Positions 21,543 to 31,132 of a stretch of 64,000 nt of DNA are shown here, one piece after another; position 1 is the first letter of the stretch, and every line of letters starts with the position of its first letter. Under the pieces are notes generated by a model. It was not told where the DNA came from and did not search any database. It saw nothing but the letters and a program-made list of their open reading frames with translations. Source of the DNA: Candidatus Lindowbacteria bacterium RIFCSPLOWO2_12_FULL_62_27. Lineage in GTDB: Bacteria; Lindowbacteria; 2-12-FULL-62-27. The position numbers and the translations under genes were made by a program. The stretch covers positions 62,001-126,000 of the forward strand of contig MFPR01000004.1 of the NCBI GenBank assembly GCA_001784175.1, read 5' to 3'.

Positions 21543-22558
21543 TCCTGAACGCGAGTCGCCGGAAGGATCAGCCGGAAGGACGCGCCGCCCAGGGCCGGAT
21601 GGCGCGGGCTGGCCAGATCCAGTTGGCCGCCCAAGGCTTGGGCCCACAAGCGCGAAACGAAAAGACCAAGGCCGTGGCCGCCCTCCGCGGTCGTGAAAAA
21701 AGGACGGAAGAGTTTGTCCACCAGACCTGCCTGAATGCCCGGGCCGTCGTCCGTGACGGTCACCACGGCCGTCCCCTCGTTCCGCTCCGCCGTCACCGTC
21801 ACTTTGGCGCGCGCATGCCGCCCGGCGTTCTTGAGCAGATTGTCCAGCGCCTCCGCCAGGAGCACTTCGTCCGACAGTACCTCGATCGGATCCGCCGGAG
21901 GGTCGAACACGAAGGAGACCTGCGAGTGGTTCAACAGGTGGATGCGATCGGAGACAAGGGTGTTCAGCATCACCGGCCGCACGGCCACTTTCCGGTCCCG
22001 AAACAGCGCCATGAACCGTTTCATCCGCTCCGCAAGATTTTTCGTCTCGCTCGCCATCAGCTTGGCGGACTCGGCGTCACCCTCCGCCGCGAGTTTCGCC
22101 AGCGTGGACAGCGCCGACAGCGGCGAGGCCAGCTCGTGCACGAGGCCGTCCGCCTGGATGCCGAGGGCCACCATCTGGGACTGCAGGAGCCGCTCGCGCT
22201 CCAGACGCTGCCGTTCCTGCCGCTCGCCCTGGAGCGCGTTCACCATCTGATTGTAGCCGCCCACCACGTCGCTGATCTCATCCCGCGCCGCCGGCTGTGT
22301 CATGCCTTCAAGCCGGTCCTTGCCGGCGCGCTGGAATTTCTGGCGCAGTTCCCGGAGCGGACTCAAAATCCGGCGGCGAATCATGAAATAGAGCGTGATG
22401 GGGATCCAGGCCACAAGGAGGCCAATCAATCCGATGGTGATCAGACGGAATTCCGGGACCCGCGCAAACGCGCGGTCGATGGAGACAACCACCATGAGCG
22501 CAAGAAGCATGAGACTGAGGGGAAGAATCAGCGACAGCGTCAAACTTCGGCGGAACAT
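21539..22558 (-). CDS. Sensor histidine kinase (2 TM, HAMP, HisKA, HATPase)
   Basis: DEI...YNQM HAMP; HELASPL H-box; NLLKNA, DDGPG, FRPFFTT, GLGL. Confidence 0.92.
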   Translation of the reverse strand: MFRRSLTLSLILPLSLMLLALMVVVSIDRAFARVPEFRLITIGLIGLLVAWIPITLYFMIRRRILSPLRELRQKFQRAGKDRLEGMTQPAARDEISDVVGGYNQMVNALQGERQERQRLERERLLQSQMVALGIQADGLVHELASPLSALSTLAKLAAEGDAESAKLMASETKNLAERMKRFMALFRDRKVAVRPVMLNTLVSDRIHLLNHSQVSFVFDPPADPIEVLSDEVLLAEALDNLLKNAGRHARAKVTVTAERNEGTAVVTVTDDGPGIQAGLVDKLFRPFFTTAEGGHGLGLFVSRLWAQALGGQLDLASPRHPALGGASFRLILPATRVQE

Positions 22559-22564
22559 GAAAAA

Positions 22565-22615
22565 AGTATGGTACACCCCGGATGCCTTGTCAATCAAACG
22601 GAACTTTTCTAATCT
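22565..22615. promoter_or_regulatory. Back-to-back sigma70 promoters with overlapping -35 boxes
   Basis: Minus strand: TTGACA-17-CATACT-6-ATG; plus strand: TTGTCA-17-TAATCT-9-ATG. Confidence 0.55.
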
Positions 22616-22624
22616 GCCACTCGG

Positions 22625-25054
22625 ATGATCATCCCGATTTTCTTCGTGTCCGGCGCGATCAGCCTGGGATATCAGGTTCTGTGGAGCAGGATGATTCTGA
22701 GTTTCCTGGGCGTGGGCGCCTATTCCTATGCCATCGTCCTCTCAACCTTCATGGCAGGGCTGGCGTTGGGAAGCGCCTGGATCGGCCGATGGGCGGACCG
22801 CGTCCGGCGCCCCCTGGTCCTTTTCGCCGGCCTTGAGATGGGCGTCGGCCTTCTGGCGCTGGCGTTTGACCCGGCAGCCGACTGGGCCAGATCCGTTTAC
22901 CTCAATGTGGGAATCGCATCTAACTTGTGGATCAAGGCCGCGGTGTCCTCCATCCTGATTCTCCCGCCCACCATCCTCATGGGCGGAACCTATCCGGCGC
23001 TCCTGAAATTTTCGACGACACATTCCGGTTCGGTGGGATCTCATGCAGCCCGGCTGTATGCCGCAAACGCCGCCGGGGCCGCTTTCGGCGCGCTTCTGAC
23101 CGCCTACGTGCTGATGCCGGCCATGGGAATATCCTCGAGCCTCCTGGTCCTCGCGGCCGGCAACGCGATCGTCGCCACCCTTTCTTTTGTACTGTCTACA
23201 TCCCCCCTTGCAAAGGGGGGAATGAGGGGGGTTGACCAATTTTCATCGACTGGCTGCCCCCAACTGCCTTCCATCCCTGACGCAGGCCGACAGGCCTCTT
23301 TAGCTCTTCTCCTGATCTTTCTTTCCGGCCTCGTCAGCTTTTCGTATGAAATCGCTTGGACACGTTTCTTCGAAATGGTCCTCGGTTCCAGCACCTATTC
23401 CTTCGCCGTCATGCTCGCCGCGTTCACGCTCGGCATCGCCGTCGGCAATCTCTGGCTGGCCCGGCATGAAGGCCGCTTTCGCCGGCCGATCGTTTTATTC
23501 GGATGGACGCAGATCCTCGCCGCAACGGCCGTCATGGCGCCGATCCCCCTCTATCCCGTGATCCCCTGGACCCTCGTGCGCCTCGGCGCGCTTTTCCCTC
23601 CGGACCCGGCCGCTTTCTATGGATTCGAGATCTTGAAACTCGGAACATGCCTCCTCATCATGCTGCTCCCGACCCTTCTGATCGGAATGTCCGTGCCGCT
23701 CATGGTCAAGGGATTGGCCGGGCGGCCGGAGATGCTGGGCGCCGATTGTGGCAGGATATATGCTTGGAACACTTGGGGGAACGTCGCAGGCGCCGCTTTG
23801 ACCGGACTGTTTCTTCTTCCATGGATCGGCGCGGACAAACTCATCCGCGCGGGCGCTGTCGCCAACGCTCTCATCGGCGCCATCGCCATCCTTATGTATC
23901 TTCCCAAGGGAAACTGGCGGCCCCGATTGGCCAAACTCTCGGCGGTCGGCCTCGCGGCCGGCCTCGCGGGAATTTCGATCTGGATCGATCCATGGAATCC
24001 GGCATGGTTTACGCTGGCGCCGTTCCGGCGGCATTTCGCGGTGGCTACCTTCGACGAAACAAGAACACATCTGGCCCGCACCCGCGTCTTGATGGCCGCC
24101 GACGACCCCTCGGCCCACGTGATGGTCACCTCCACTGAGGACCGTCGCCTCACGCTCTATGTCAACGGACGCGCCGACGCCTCCTCCCATGCCAACCTCC
24201 CGACCCAGATCCTCCTGGCGCACCTGCCGATCCTGCTCCATCCCGCGCCGCAGGATGTCTGCATCGTGGGCTTGGGCAGCGGCATCACGGCCGGCGCGGC
24301 CCTGGCCCATCCGGTGCGGCGGGCGGACGTCGTGGAACTTGTGCGGATCCTGCCGCAGGCCGCGGCCCTGTTCGACGAATGGAACAACGGCGCGCTGTCC
24401 GACACGAGGTGCCGGATCATCATCAATGACGCCCGGGACCACCTGTCGGCCGCGTCCCACAAATACGATGTCCTCATCTCGCAGCCCTCCAACCTGTGGG
24501 TGGCGGGAACCGGATATCTTTTTTCGCGCGAATTCTACGAGCGGTCCAGGTCGTCGTTGAACACCGGCGGCCTCTTCTGCCAGTGGCTCCAGAGTTTCGA
24601 AATCGGGGACGCGACCCTCTCGGCCGCGATTCGCAGTTTCAGACTTGCCTATCCGTACGTTTACGTGTTTCAAATCAATGTCGGCGACCTCCTGCTCATC
24701 GGCGGCATGGAGCCCCTCCGGCCGGACTGGCCGGCGATGCGAAAGCGGATGGAACGGCCGTTGGTCAAGGACCAGTTGAATCGCATCCGCATCACGAATC
24801 TGTCCGACCTCCTGTTTTTCCAGCGGCTTTCCCCCCACACCGTGGACGGCATCGCCGCCGTTACGCCGCGGGAGCATACCGATGACAATCTGCTGATCGA
24901 ATCGATGGCGCCGAAGGACCTGTTTCTTAAAAGGGTTTCGAGTCTGCCCTTCCTGCTGGACGAACGACGGGTCGCGGCCCCCTCCCTCCTCTGGTCCCAG
25001 TGCGTCCGCGAGGCCGGCGCTCCTCTCGAATTGCCGACGCCCTACAGCAAGTGA
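22625..25054 (+). CDS. Fused multi-TM (MFS-like) / spermidine synthase-like SAM-dependent protein
   Basis: FFVSG...YQVLWSR repeated TM unit; VCIVGLGSGITA, VVEL, NDAR, YDVLISQPSN. Confidence 0.85.
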   Translation: MIIPIFFVSGAISLGYQVLWSRMILSFLGVGAYSYAIVLSTFMAGLALGSAWIGRWADRVRRPLVLFAGLEMGVGLLALAFDPAADWARSVYLNVGIASNLWIKAAVSSILILPPTILMGGTYPALLKFSTTHSGSVGSHAARLYAANAAGAAFGALLTAYVLMPAMGISSSLLVLAAGNAIVATLSFVLSTSPLAKGGMRGVDQFSSTGCPQLPSIPDAGRQASLALLLIFLSGLVSFSYEIAWTRFFEMVLGSSTYSFAVMLAAFTLGIAVGNLWLARHEGRFRRPIVLFGWTQILAATAVMAPIPLYPVIPWTLVRLGALFPPDPAAFYGFEILKLGTCLLIMLLPTLLIGMSVPLMVKGLAGRPEMLGADCGRIYAWNTWGNVAGAALTGLFLLPWIGADKLIRAGAVANALIGAIAILMYLPKGNWRPRLAKLSAVGLAAGLAGISIWIDPWNPAWFTLAPFRRHFAVATFDETRTHLARTRVLMAADDPSAHVMVTSTEDRRLTLYVNGRADASSHANLPTQILLAHLPILLHPAPQDVCIVGLGSGITAGAALAHPVRRADVVELVRILPQAAALFDEWNNGALSDTRCRIIINDARDHLSAASHKYDVLISQPSNLWVAGTGYLFSREFYERSRSSLNTGGLFCQWLQSFEIGDATLSAAIRSFRLAYPYVYVFQINVGDLLLIGGMEPLRPDWPAMRKRMERPLVKDQLNRIRITNLSDLLFFQRLSPHTVDGIAAVTPREHTDDNLLIESMAPKDLFLKRVSSLPFLLDERRVAAPSLLWSQCVREAGAPLELPTPYSK
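23202..23230. repeat. REP-like GC hairpin element within a CDS
   Basis: CCCCCCTT-GCA-AAGGGGGG followed by AATGAGGGGG; encodes PLAKGGMRG. Confidence 0.65.
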
Positions 25055-26832
25055 CGCTCGTACCGGTAAACGCTTCGGGCGGATGAGGCCGCAAGGCCGC
25101 GGAGAATCCCGGGCTCATACAACTGCCGGAGCCGCTCCGCCAGCGTCCGGAAGCGTTCGGCGCGCCCGGCGTCACCGGCGGACGCCGCGATTCGCGCCAT
25201 CGACTCGTAGGCGCGGACTGCGCGCGGCTCCAGGCTGAGGACCCGCCGCAGACGCCAGCGAATCTCGCTGTCGCCTCGCGACCACGCGATCCCTTCGAGA
25301 TACATGGGAACATCGCAAGGCTGCAGGTCGTTTAACGTAAACATCAGATGGCGGCTCTTGTGAAAAAGCCTCGCCCCTGTTTCCCCGCGGCCCTGGACGA
25401 ACATCTCCCGGCAAAATCCGGCGCCATGATACCGCGCCGCGCCCTGACCCTGGTCCAGACGCAGCGCTTGATCGATCGACGCCTCGGCCAGATCCCGCCG
25501 GCCCATCGCGACGGCCGCGTGGGCGATGTGAAGCAGCGCCTGCTCGTCCCAGGGCCGGCGGGTGCGCGCGTCTTCATATGACTTCAACGCCTCCGCGCGA
25601 TTCCCGCGACCCTCCTCGTTGATGCCGATCCGCACGGACTGGCGGGCCATGAGGTCGTTCCACCCGACGAAGATCATGGCACCCCCCAGAACCAGCAGGC
25701 ACAGTCGAACCGCCTTCGGTGAAACACGCGGCAGGGGGACCGAGTACTCCGTCGTCAGCGCCAGCACGCCCACCAGGCCCATCCACCGGATGAAAGAAAG
25801 ACTCTCGGTCACGTTCAACATCAGTTCAAAAACAAACGCCGGGCACCACGCCACGGCGGCAACGATGGGCCAGCCGCCGGCCCGGCGGCGCATCCGGTTC
25901 GCGAGCATGAGACCGCACGACGCGAGGATCCCGATCACGGTCGCCATCCCCGTCACGCCGCCCTCCGCCGCCCACTGCAAAATCACGTTGTGGGCATGCG
26001 GGATGATCTTCGCGTACCGGGACAAATACCGGTGGTCATCCACGGGGAAACTTCTCGAAAGAGATTCCGTCAAAAATGTCCCGGCGCCGGACCCTGCCGG
26101 ATGTTCGCTGAAGATCTGCGCGGCCAGCATGTAAACGTGCCCACGGACTTCGGCGTGCGGGTCCGCCGCCATCCGCTGAAGCGACAAACCGACCACAATC
26201 GTTACCGCCGCCATCGCGATCAACGCGCACGTCCAATAGGCCTTTCGGCGCATCCACAAATATCCGGCCAGCAACATCCCGGCGCCCAGCCACGCCGACC
26301 GGCTTCCGTTGGAGTATACCCCGTAGCCGACAACCACGAAGCCGACGATCTGCCACAACCGCGACCCATTAGGCTTGAACAGAAGACACGCCAGCGCGCC
26401 CAACAGAACCTGCGCTTCCGCGCTCCGGGCATAACCGAACCCGCGCACCGGCAACGCCAGCGTATCCTGGATCAAATAGAGGATCGTCAGGACGACTCCG
26501 CAACACAGGACAAGATAGAAGAGAATCTCTCCGATGGCCTCACAGTTTTCGTTTCGCGTCGGAAGAAAAATCATTAGGAACAGGCCCAGAAACCACCAGC
26601 ACAGATTCTGAACAACCATCGACGTCCACACCCACGGCAACGCCAGCGCGGCCAGCGCCGGCAGGAGAAACAAACTCAGTACATGGATTCGCAGGGGTCG
26701 CCCGGAAAGCAAAAAGGCGCCGCACGCAACGGCGCCCCCGCCCCACCAGTAATCAAACTGCTCCCAACCGCTGGTATACCCGCCAAACACCAGAAGGAGG
26801 ATAAAATCCAACCCTAGCAAAAAAGGCAGCAT
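25042..26832 (-). CDS. O-antigen ligase (Wzy_C) family protein with C-terminal TPR; candidate pilin O-oligosaccharyltransferase
   Basis: GSRSAWLG, R..VY..A...F.EHP.GSG.GTF, HAHN..LQ..AEGG..G; directly downstream of the pilin. Confidence 0.8.
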   Translation of the reverse strand: MLPFLLGLDFILLLVFGGYTSGWEQFDYWWGGGAVACGAFLLSGRPLRIHVLSLFLLPALAALALPWVWTSMVVQNLCWWFLGLFLMIFLPTRNENCEAIGEILFYLVLCCGVVLTILYLIQDTLALPVRGFGYARSAEAQVLLGALACLLFKPNGSRLWQIVGFVVVGYGVYSNGSRSAWLGAGMLLAGYLWMRRKAYWTCALIAMAAVTIVVGLSLQRMAADPHAEVRGHVYMLAAQIFSEHPAGSGAGTFLTESLSRSFPVDDHRYLSRYAKIIPHAHNVILQWAAEGGVTGMATVIGILASCGLMLANRMRRRAGGWPIVAAVAWCPAFVFELMLNVTESLSFIRWMGLVGVLALTTEYSVPLPRVSPKAVRLCLLVLGGAMIFVGWNDLMARQSVRIGINEEGRGNRAEALKSYEDARTRRPWDEQALLHIAHAAVAMGRRDLAEASIDQALRLDQGQGAARYHGAGFCREMFVQGRGETGARLFHKSRHLMFTLNDLQPCDVPMYLEGIAWSRGDSEIRWRLRRVLSLEPRAVRAYESMARIAASAGDAGRAERFRTLAERLRQLYEPGILRGLAASSARSVYRYERHLL

Positions 26833-26915
26833 TCTAGCTTATGGAAACGCCGTTCAGAAAACAGACAAATATTCCAAACGATCGCTCCCTTTTCGAATGC
26901 CGCTCCCCGCTCTTC

Positions 26916-27314
26916 TTACGGACAGTTGGATCCGCCCGTAAGCACCTCTCCCTTTGAACTCTCAAAATACGCATAACACGCCGGGCTCGACTTGTTCACC
27001 TTGCAGGTGATCGTATACGCCCCACCCGCGCCTGTCGCGTACGCCACATCCGCGTCCCCGGCGCCACCCATCGGAATGTTGTCGAGAAACTCCGTCGTCA
27101 ACGCTCCCGTGTTGGGCGGATAATATCCCTTGTCCATGTTGTACATCAGTGAGGCTGATTTCACCGCCGCAATGTCCGCCTGACACCGGCCTACGCGCGC
27201 TTTGTCCATTGCCTTCATCAGCTTTGGAATCGCCGCGGCGGCCAAAATACCGATGATTGTTACGACAACCAATAGCTCAATTAACGTAAATCCCTTTTCC
27301 TTCCGGCTTGACAT
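26916..27314 (-). CDS. Type IV pilin / pseudopilin
   Basis: KKGFTLIELLVVVTIIGILAAAAIP-type class III signal (KEKG|FTLIE); AGGAGG RBS; AT-rich upstream region. Confidence 0.9.
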   Translation of the reverse strand: MSSRKEKGFTLIELLVVVTIIGILAAAAIPKLMKAMDKARVGRCQADIAAVKSASLMYNMDKGYYPPNTGALTTEFLDNIPMGGAGDADVAYATGAGGAYTITCKVNKSSPACYAYFESSKGEVLTGGSNCP

Positions 27315-27481
27315 GCCTATACCTCCTTTGGCTTTTCGCTACTTACTAATGAAAGCAATATTCATTCATATTCCTAAAAAATCAAATGGCAATATCTTAA
27401 CTATAAAGAATACAATAAGTTAAATTTGAGCCCCGATCATGGCCCTGCACTGTATTTTTCGCCGCCCGTCAAATTCTTGAC

Positions 27482-28903
27482 CTAATTCCTATCGCCTTGA
27501 CATACAGCCTCTACAACTGTCCCGAGCTTCACTTGATTCGATGCCTTGAATAGAATCAACATCTTTCGCTCTGTTCGCATCCAGGATTGAATCTCCGTCT
27601 TCACGTCTTCTAGGCTCTCCATCAACGTGAGGGCCGTCCCACGACCTCCGGAAATTAGAAACCCCTTGCGAAAAGAAGGCCCTTCTTTCCCGACAAACAG
27701 TACACGCGATGGACGAATCCGGCGCGCCTCTTTTCCGAGCAGTACATGATAATATTTCGATTTCGAGCCCAACTCCAGCATGTCTCCCAAAACCAGAACC
27801 ACGTCCCGCCGGTCGTTGCGAGCCGCCAGAATACGCCCCAGGGTCCCAACCCGTTTGAGGGCCGCCGACATCGATCCCGGATTGGCGTTGTAACTGTCGT
27901 TGATGATCCAGTGCGGGCCGGCCCTGACAATCTCTCCCCGGCCGGGCGGCAGCTTCAGCGACCTGATCGCCGCCTCTATTTTTTTTGCCGGAACCGCGAA
28001 CTGCGCCGCGATGCCGATCGCCAGCGCGACATTGGCCAGATGATGCTCCCCGAAATTGGGACACCGGTACAGGTGCTGCGACACGGCAAACTCCATCCGT
28101 TTCAAACTGGATCGAACCGGCTTGACCCGCCAGTCAGCGGACGCCGCATATCCAAAGGTAATGACCTTCTTCCGCGCGGCGCGCCGTTTGAGGAGCGGCA
28201 GGAAAGGCGAATCCGCCGGCAGAAAAGCCGGGATGCCGTCGGCGCCGGCCGTCAGAATTTCGGATTTCGCCAGCGCCACATGCCGGAGGGATTTGAAAAA
28301 TCCGAGATGCGCGGCGCCGACGGTCGTGATGGCCACCAAGTCCGGATCGGCCATCCGGCAGAGCGCGTCGATTTCGCCCGGATGGTTCATCCCGATTTCC
28401 AGAACGCCGGCCTGCGTGTCCGGGGTCATCCGAAGAATCGTCATCGGAACGCCGATCGCGTTGTTGAAACTCCGCACCGCCGAAACGGTCCGGTACGTCG
28501 TCGTGAGGATCGCATGGACAAAATCCTTGACGCTCGTCTTTCCGGCCGACCCCGTGATCGCGACGATCTTCACGCCCAGCTTCGACCGGTACCCCCGCGC
28601 CAGATCGCCGAGCGCCTTAAGACTGTCCGGCGCCACGGCGGCCGCGCCCAGTTTTCCCTCCGCGTGCAGCTTCCTCGCCAGAGCGAGGGCGCGGTCTTCA
28701 ATCAAAAGACACGCCGCGCCTTTCGCGACGGCCTCCGGCACAAAATCATGCCCGTCGACCCGCGCGCCCCTCAGCGCCACATACAATTTTCCGCGCAGGT
28801 CCGCTTCACGGCTGTCGGTCGTCACACCGGCCAGCGGTTGATGGGGATCGCCAAAGACCAAACGGGCGGCAGCCGCCACGTCTCCGACGGTCAACCCCTC
28901 CAC
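27482..28903 (-). CDS. murF: UDP-MurNAc-tripeptide--D-Ala-D-Ala ligase (start approximate)
   Basis: TDSR, DGHDF, ITGSAGKT, NN.IGVP, EIGMNHPGEI, NDSYNANP, GDMLELG, KAS. Confidence 0.93.
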   Translation of the reverse strand: MEGLTVGDVAAAARLVFGDPHQPLAGVTTDSREADLRGKLYVALRGARVDGHDFVPEAVAKGAACLLIEDRALALARKLHAEGKLGAAAVAPDSLKALGDLARGYRSKLGVKIVAITGSAGKTSVKDFVHAILTTTYRTVSAVRSFNNAIGVPMTILRMTPDTQAGVLEIGMNHPGEIDALCRMADPDLVAITTVGAAHLGFFKSLRHVALAKSEILTAGADGIPAFLPADSPFLPLLKRRAARKKVITFGYAASADWRVKPVRSSLKRMEFAVSQHLYRCPNFGEHHLANVALAIGIAAQFAVPAKKIEAAIRSLKLPPGRGEIVRAGPHWIINDSYNANPGSMSAALKRVGTLGRILAARNDRRDVVLVLGDMLELGSKSKYYHVLLGKEARRIRPSRVLFVGKEGPSFRKGFLISGGRGTALTLMESLEDVKTEIQSWMRTERKMLILFKASNQVKLGTVVEAVCQGDRN

Positions 28904-28913
28904 GCAGCGCGCC

Positions 28914-30182
28914 CTAAATTGTTTCCGGACGGACGACCGATTCGAATCGACGGCGGAATTCTTCAGGCTCGAGCCGCGCCAGCCTGGCCAGCCGCCCGAG
29001 AACGGCCGCATCCTCCATGTCTTGCCGTTCCAGCCGGATCATATACTTGCGGGCGATCCGGTAATGGATGGAGGAGATGTTGACCATCCTGACTTCGGTC
29101 TTGCCCGTGGCCGGGTCCATCATCTGATCAAAGGGAATGGGGACAATGTGATTTTCCTGGACGGACACGAGAACGTTCGTCTTGTTGTTCTTCAACAGCT
29201 CCACCGCGCCGTACCCGAGGTGCCTCGCGTACTCAATATCAAATGCGATCGGATTCGCGCACCGCACCTCGTATCCCACCACGTGGTCGACGATCCGGAT
29301 CTTCACTCCCATCTCCGCCAGACGGCGCTCCACCTGGTGCTTGACGATCATGCCGAACTTGACCTCCGACAGCAGCATGTGGCCGAACTCGTCCCTCGGA
29401 ACCTCCTTCAGGCCCTCGAAATCCGACGGCTCCATCTTCTCCAGCAGCCCTTCGGCCAGAACGACAATGCCGTAGTTCCGGCCCTGGTCCATGCGCTTGA
29501 GCATCGAGGTGGCCACGATGTCCGCAACCGTGCTGAGGCGCACCGGACCCGGAAATTCCTCCGGGATGATGATCAGCGTCGCGCCGGCCGCCGTCCCGAT
29601 CCCCAACGCCAGATGTCCCGCCTTGCGGCCCATCGCAACGACCAGAAACCATCGGCCCGTTGTCCGGGCGTCCTCGGCCAGATTCTGCACGATGGTGGAA
29701 CCGACCTGCCGCGCGGTTTCGTACCCGAACGTGGGAATCCCCTCCGGCAGGGGCAGGTCGTTGTCGATGGTCTTCGGAACATGGACCACCCGGATGTCGG
29801 CCTGCCGCTCCTCGCGGGCGAATTTGGACACGCGGTAGGCCGTAAAGGCCGTGTCGTCGCCGCCGATCGATACGAGGTCGGTCACGCCCAGCTTGAGAAG
29901 GGACTCCACCACCATTTTCAGTTTCTGCGGGTCCTTGCTCGGGTTCGTCCGCGAAGTCCTGAGGAGCGACCCGCCGCGGTGATGGATGCGGCTGACGTCG
30001 CCGATTTCCAGAGGCATGATCTGGGGGTTGCCGCCCACCAGATGCTTGTAGCCGTCCAGAAACCCGATCACGGACCAGCCGTTGTTGCACGCCTCGATGG
30101 TGACCGAGCTGATCACTCCGTTGATGCCAGGCGCAGGGCCGCCCCCGACCACAATTCCGACGATTCTCTTTTTTGTCTCCAT
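28914..30182 (-). CDS. pfp: Pyrophosphate-dependent phosphofructokinase
   Basis: GGGPAPGIN, IGGDDT (Asp of PPi-type enzymes), PKTIDND, MGR. Confidence 0.88.
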   Translation of the reverse strand: METKKRIVGIVVGGGPAPGINGVISSVTIEACNNGWSVIGFLDGYKHLVGGNPQIMPLEIGDVSRIHHRGGSLLRTSRTNPSKDPQKLKMVVESLLKLGVTDLVSIGGDDTAFTAYRVSKFAREERQADIRVVHVPKTIDNDLPLPEGIPTFGYETARQVGSTIVQNLAEDARTTGRWFLVVAMGRKAGHLALGIGTAAGATLIIIPEEFPGPVRLSTVADIVATSMLKRMDQGRNYGIVVLAEGLLEKMEPSDFEGLKEVPRDEFGHMLLSEVKFGMIVKHQVERRLAEMGVKIRIVDHVVGYEVRCANPIAFDIEYARHLGYGAVELLKNNKTNVLVSVQENHIVPIPFDQMMDPATGKTEVRMVNISSIHYRIARKYMIRLERQDMEDAAVLGRLARLARLEPEEFRRRFESVVRPETI

Positions 30183-30187
30183 GGGCC

Positions 30188-31129
30188 TCACGTTCCTATG
30201 GTCCGAAATCTCTTCCGCCGGCGCCGGCAAAGCTCGTCGACCGGGGCCTGCAAAACGTCCGCCAGGGCCAGTTCAAGCGTCCGGCGGATTTCATTCGCGC
30301 TCTGGATGACGTCCCGGTGCGCCCCGCCCAGCGGCTCCGGAATAATCCCGTCGATCAAACCCATTTTCAACAGCTCGTCCGCCGTCAGCTTCAGCGCACC
30401 CGCCGCTTCAGGCGCGCGGGCCGCGTCCTTCCACAGAATGGCCGCGCAACCTTCAGGCGAAATCACAGAATAAATTGCGTTCTCAAGCATGTAAATACGG
30501 TCGGCCACCGCAAGACCCAGCGCGCCGCCGCTGCCGCCTTCCGAAATGATCACCGTCAGGATCGGCGCGCCGAGATCCGACATCTCCAGGAGATTTCGGG
30601 CGATGGCCTCGGCCTGGCCGCGCTCCTCGGCCGCAAGACCCGGATAGGCGCCGGGCGTGTCGACGATCGTCAGGATGGGACACCCCAACCGGGACGCGGT
30701 TTCGAAGATCCGAAGCGCCTTCCGGTATCCTTCGGGATGGGCCATGCCGAAGTTTCTGCGGAGCGTCTCCTGCGTGCCCTTTCCTTTGGCCTGCGCCGCC
30801 ACCAGCAACGTCTTGCCGCCCAGACGCCCGAGGCCCGTGACCACCGCGGGATCGTCCCGGAATTGACGGTCCCCGTGGAGTTCCAAAAAATCGTCGAGAA
30901 GATGGGGCAGGATCTGCAGCGCGCCGGGACGCATCGGATGCCGGGCAAGCTGGACACGCTGCCAAGAGGTGAGGTTGGCGTAAACCTCCCGCTTCTTCTC
31001 CAGGAGCCTCGCCTCAAGCTTGTCGAGCCTCTCCCGGACATCCTGGCCGGCCGCTTGCTGCTGCTTCAGTTTTTCAACGTCCTCGTCGAGCGATTCGATG
31101 GGCTGCTCGAAATCGTAGTAAAAGGGCAT
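30188..31129 (-). CDS. accA: Acetyl-CoA carboxylase carboxyltransferase alpha
   Basis: ELHGDR, PEGYRKA, DTPGAYPG, EGGSGGAL, ISPEGCA. Confidence 0.97.
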   Translation of the reverse strand: MPFYYDFEQPIESLDEDVEKLKQQQAAGQDVRERLDKLEARLLEKKREVYANLTSWQRVQLARHPMRPGALQILPHLLDDFLELHGDRQFRDDPAVVTGLGRLGGKTLLVAAQAKGKGTQETLRRNFGMAHPEGYRKALRIFETASRLGCPILTIVDTPGAYPGLAAEERGQAEAIARNLLEMSDLGAPILTVIISEGGSGGALGLAVADRIYMLENAIYSVISPEGCAAILWKDAARAPEAAGALKLTADELLKMGLIDGIIPEPLGGAHRDVIQSANEIRRTLELALADVLQAPVDELCRRRRKRFRTIGT

Positions 31130-31132
31130 GGT

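Noticed and set aside
27350-27372. Sigma54 promoter for the pilin (TGAATGAATATTGCT)
   Set aside because: The invariant GG at -24 is missing.
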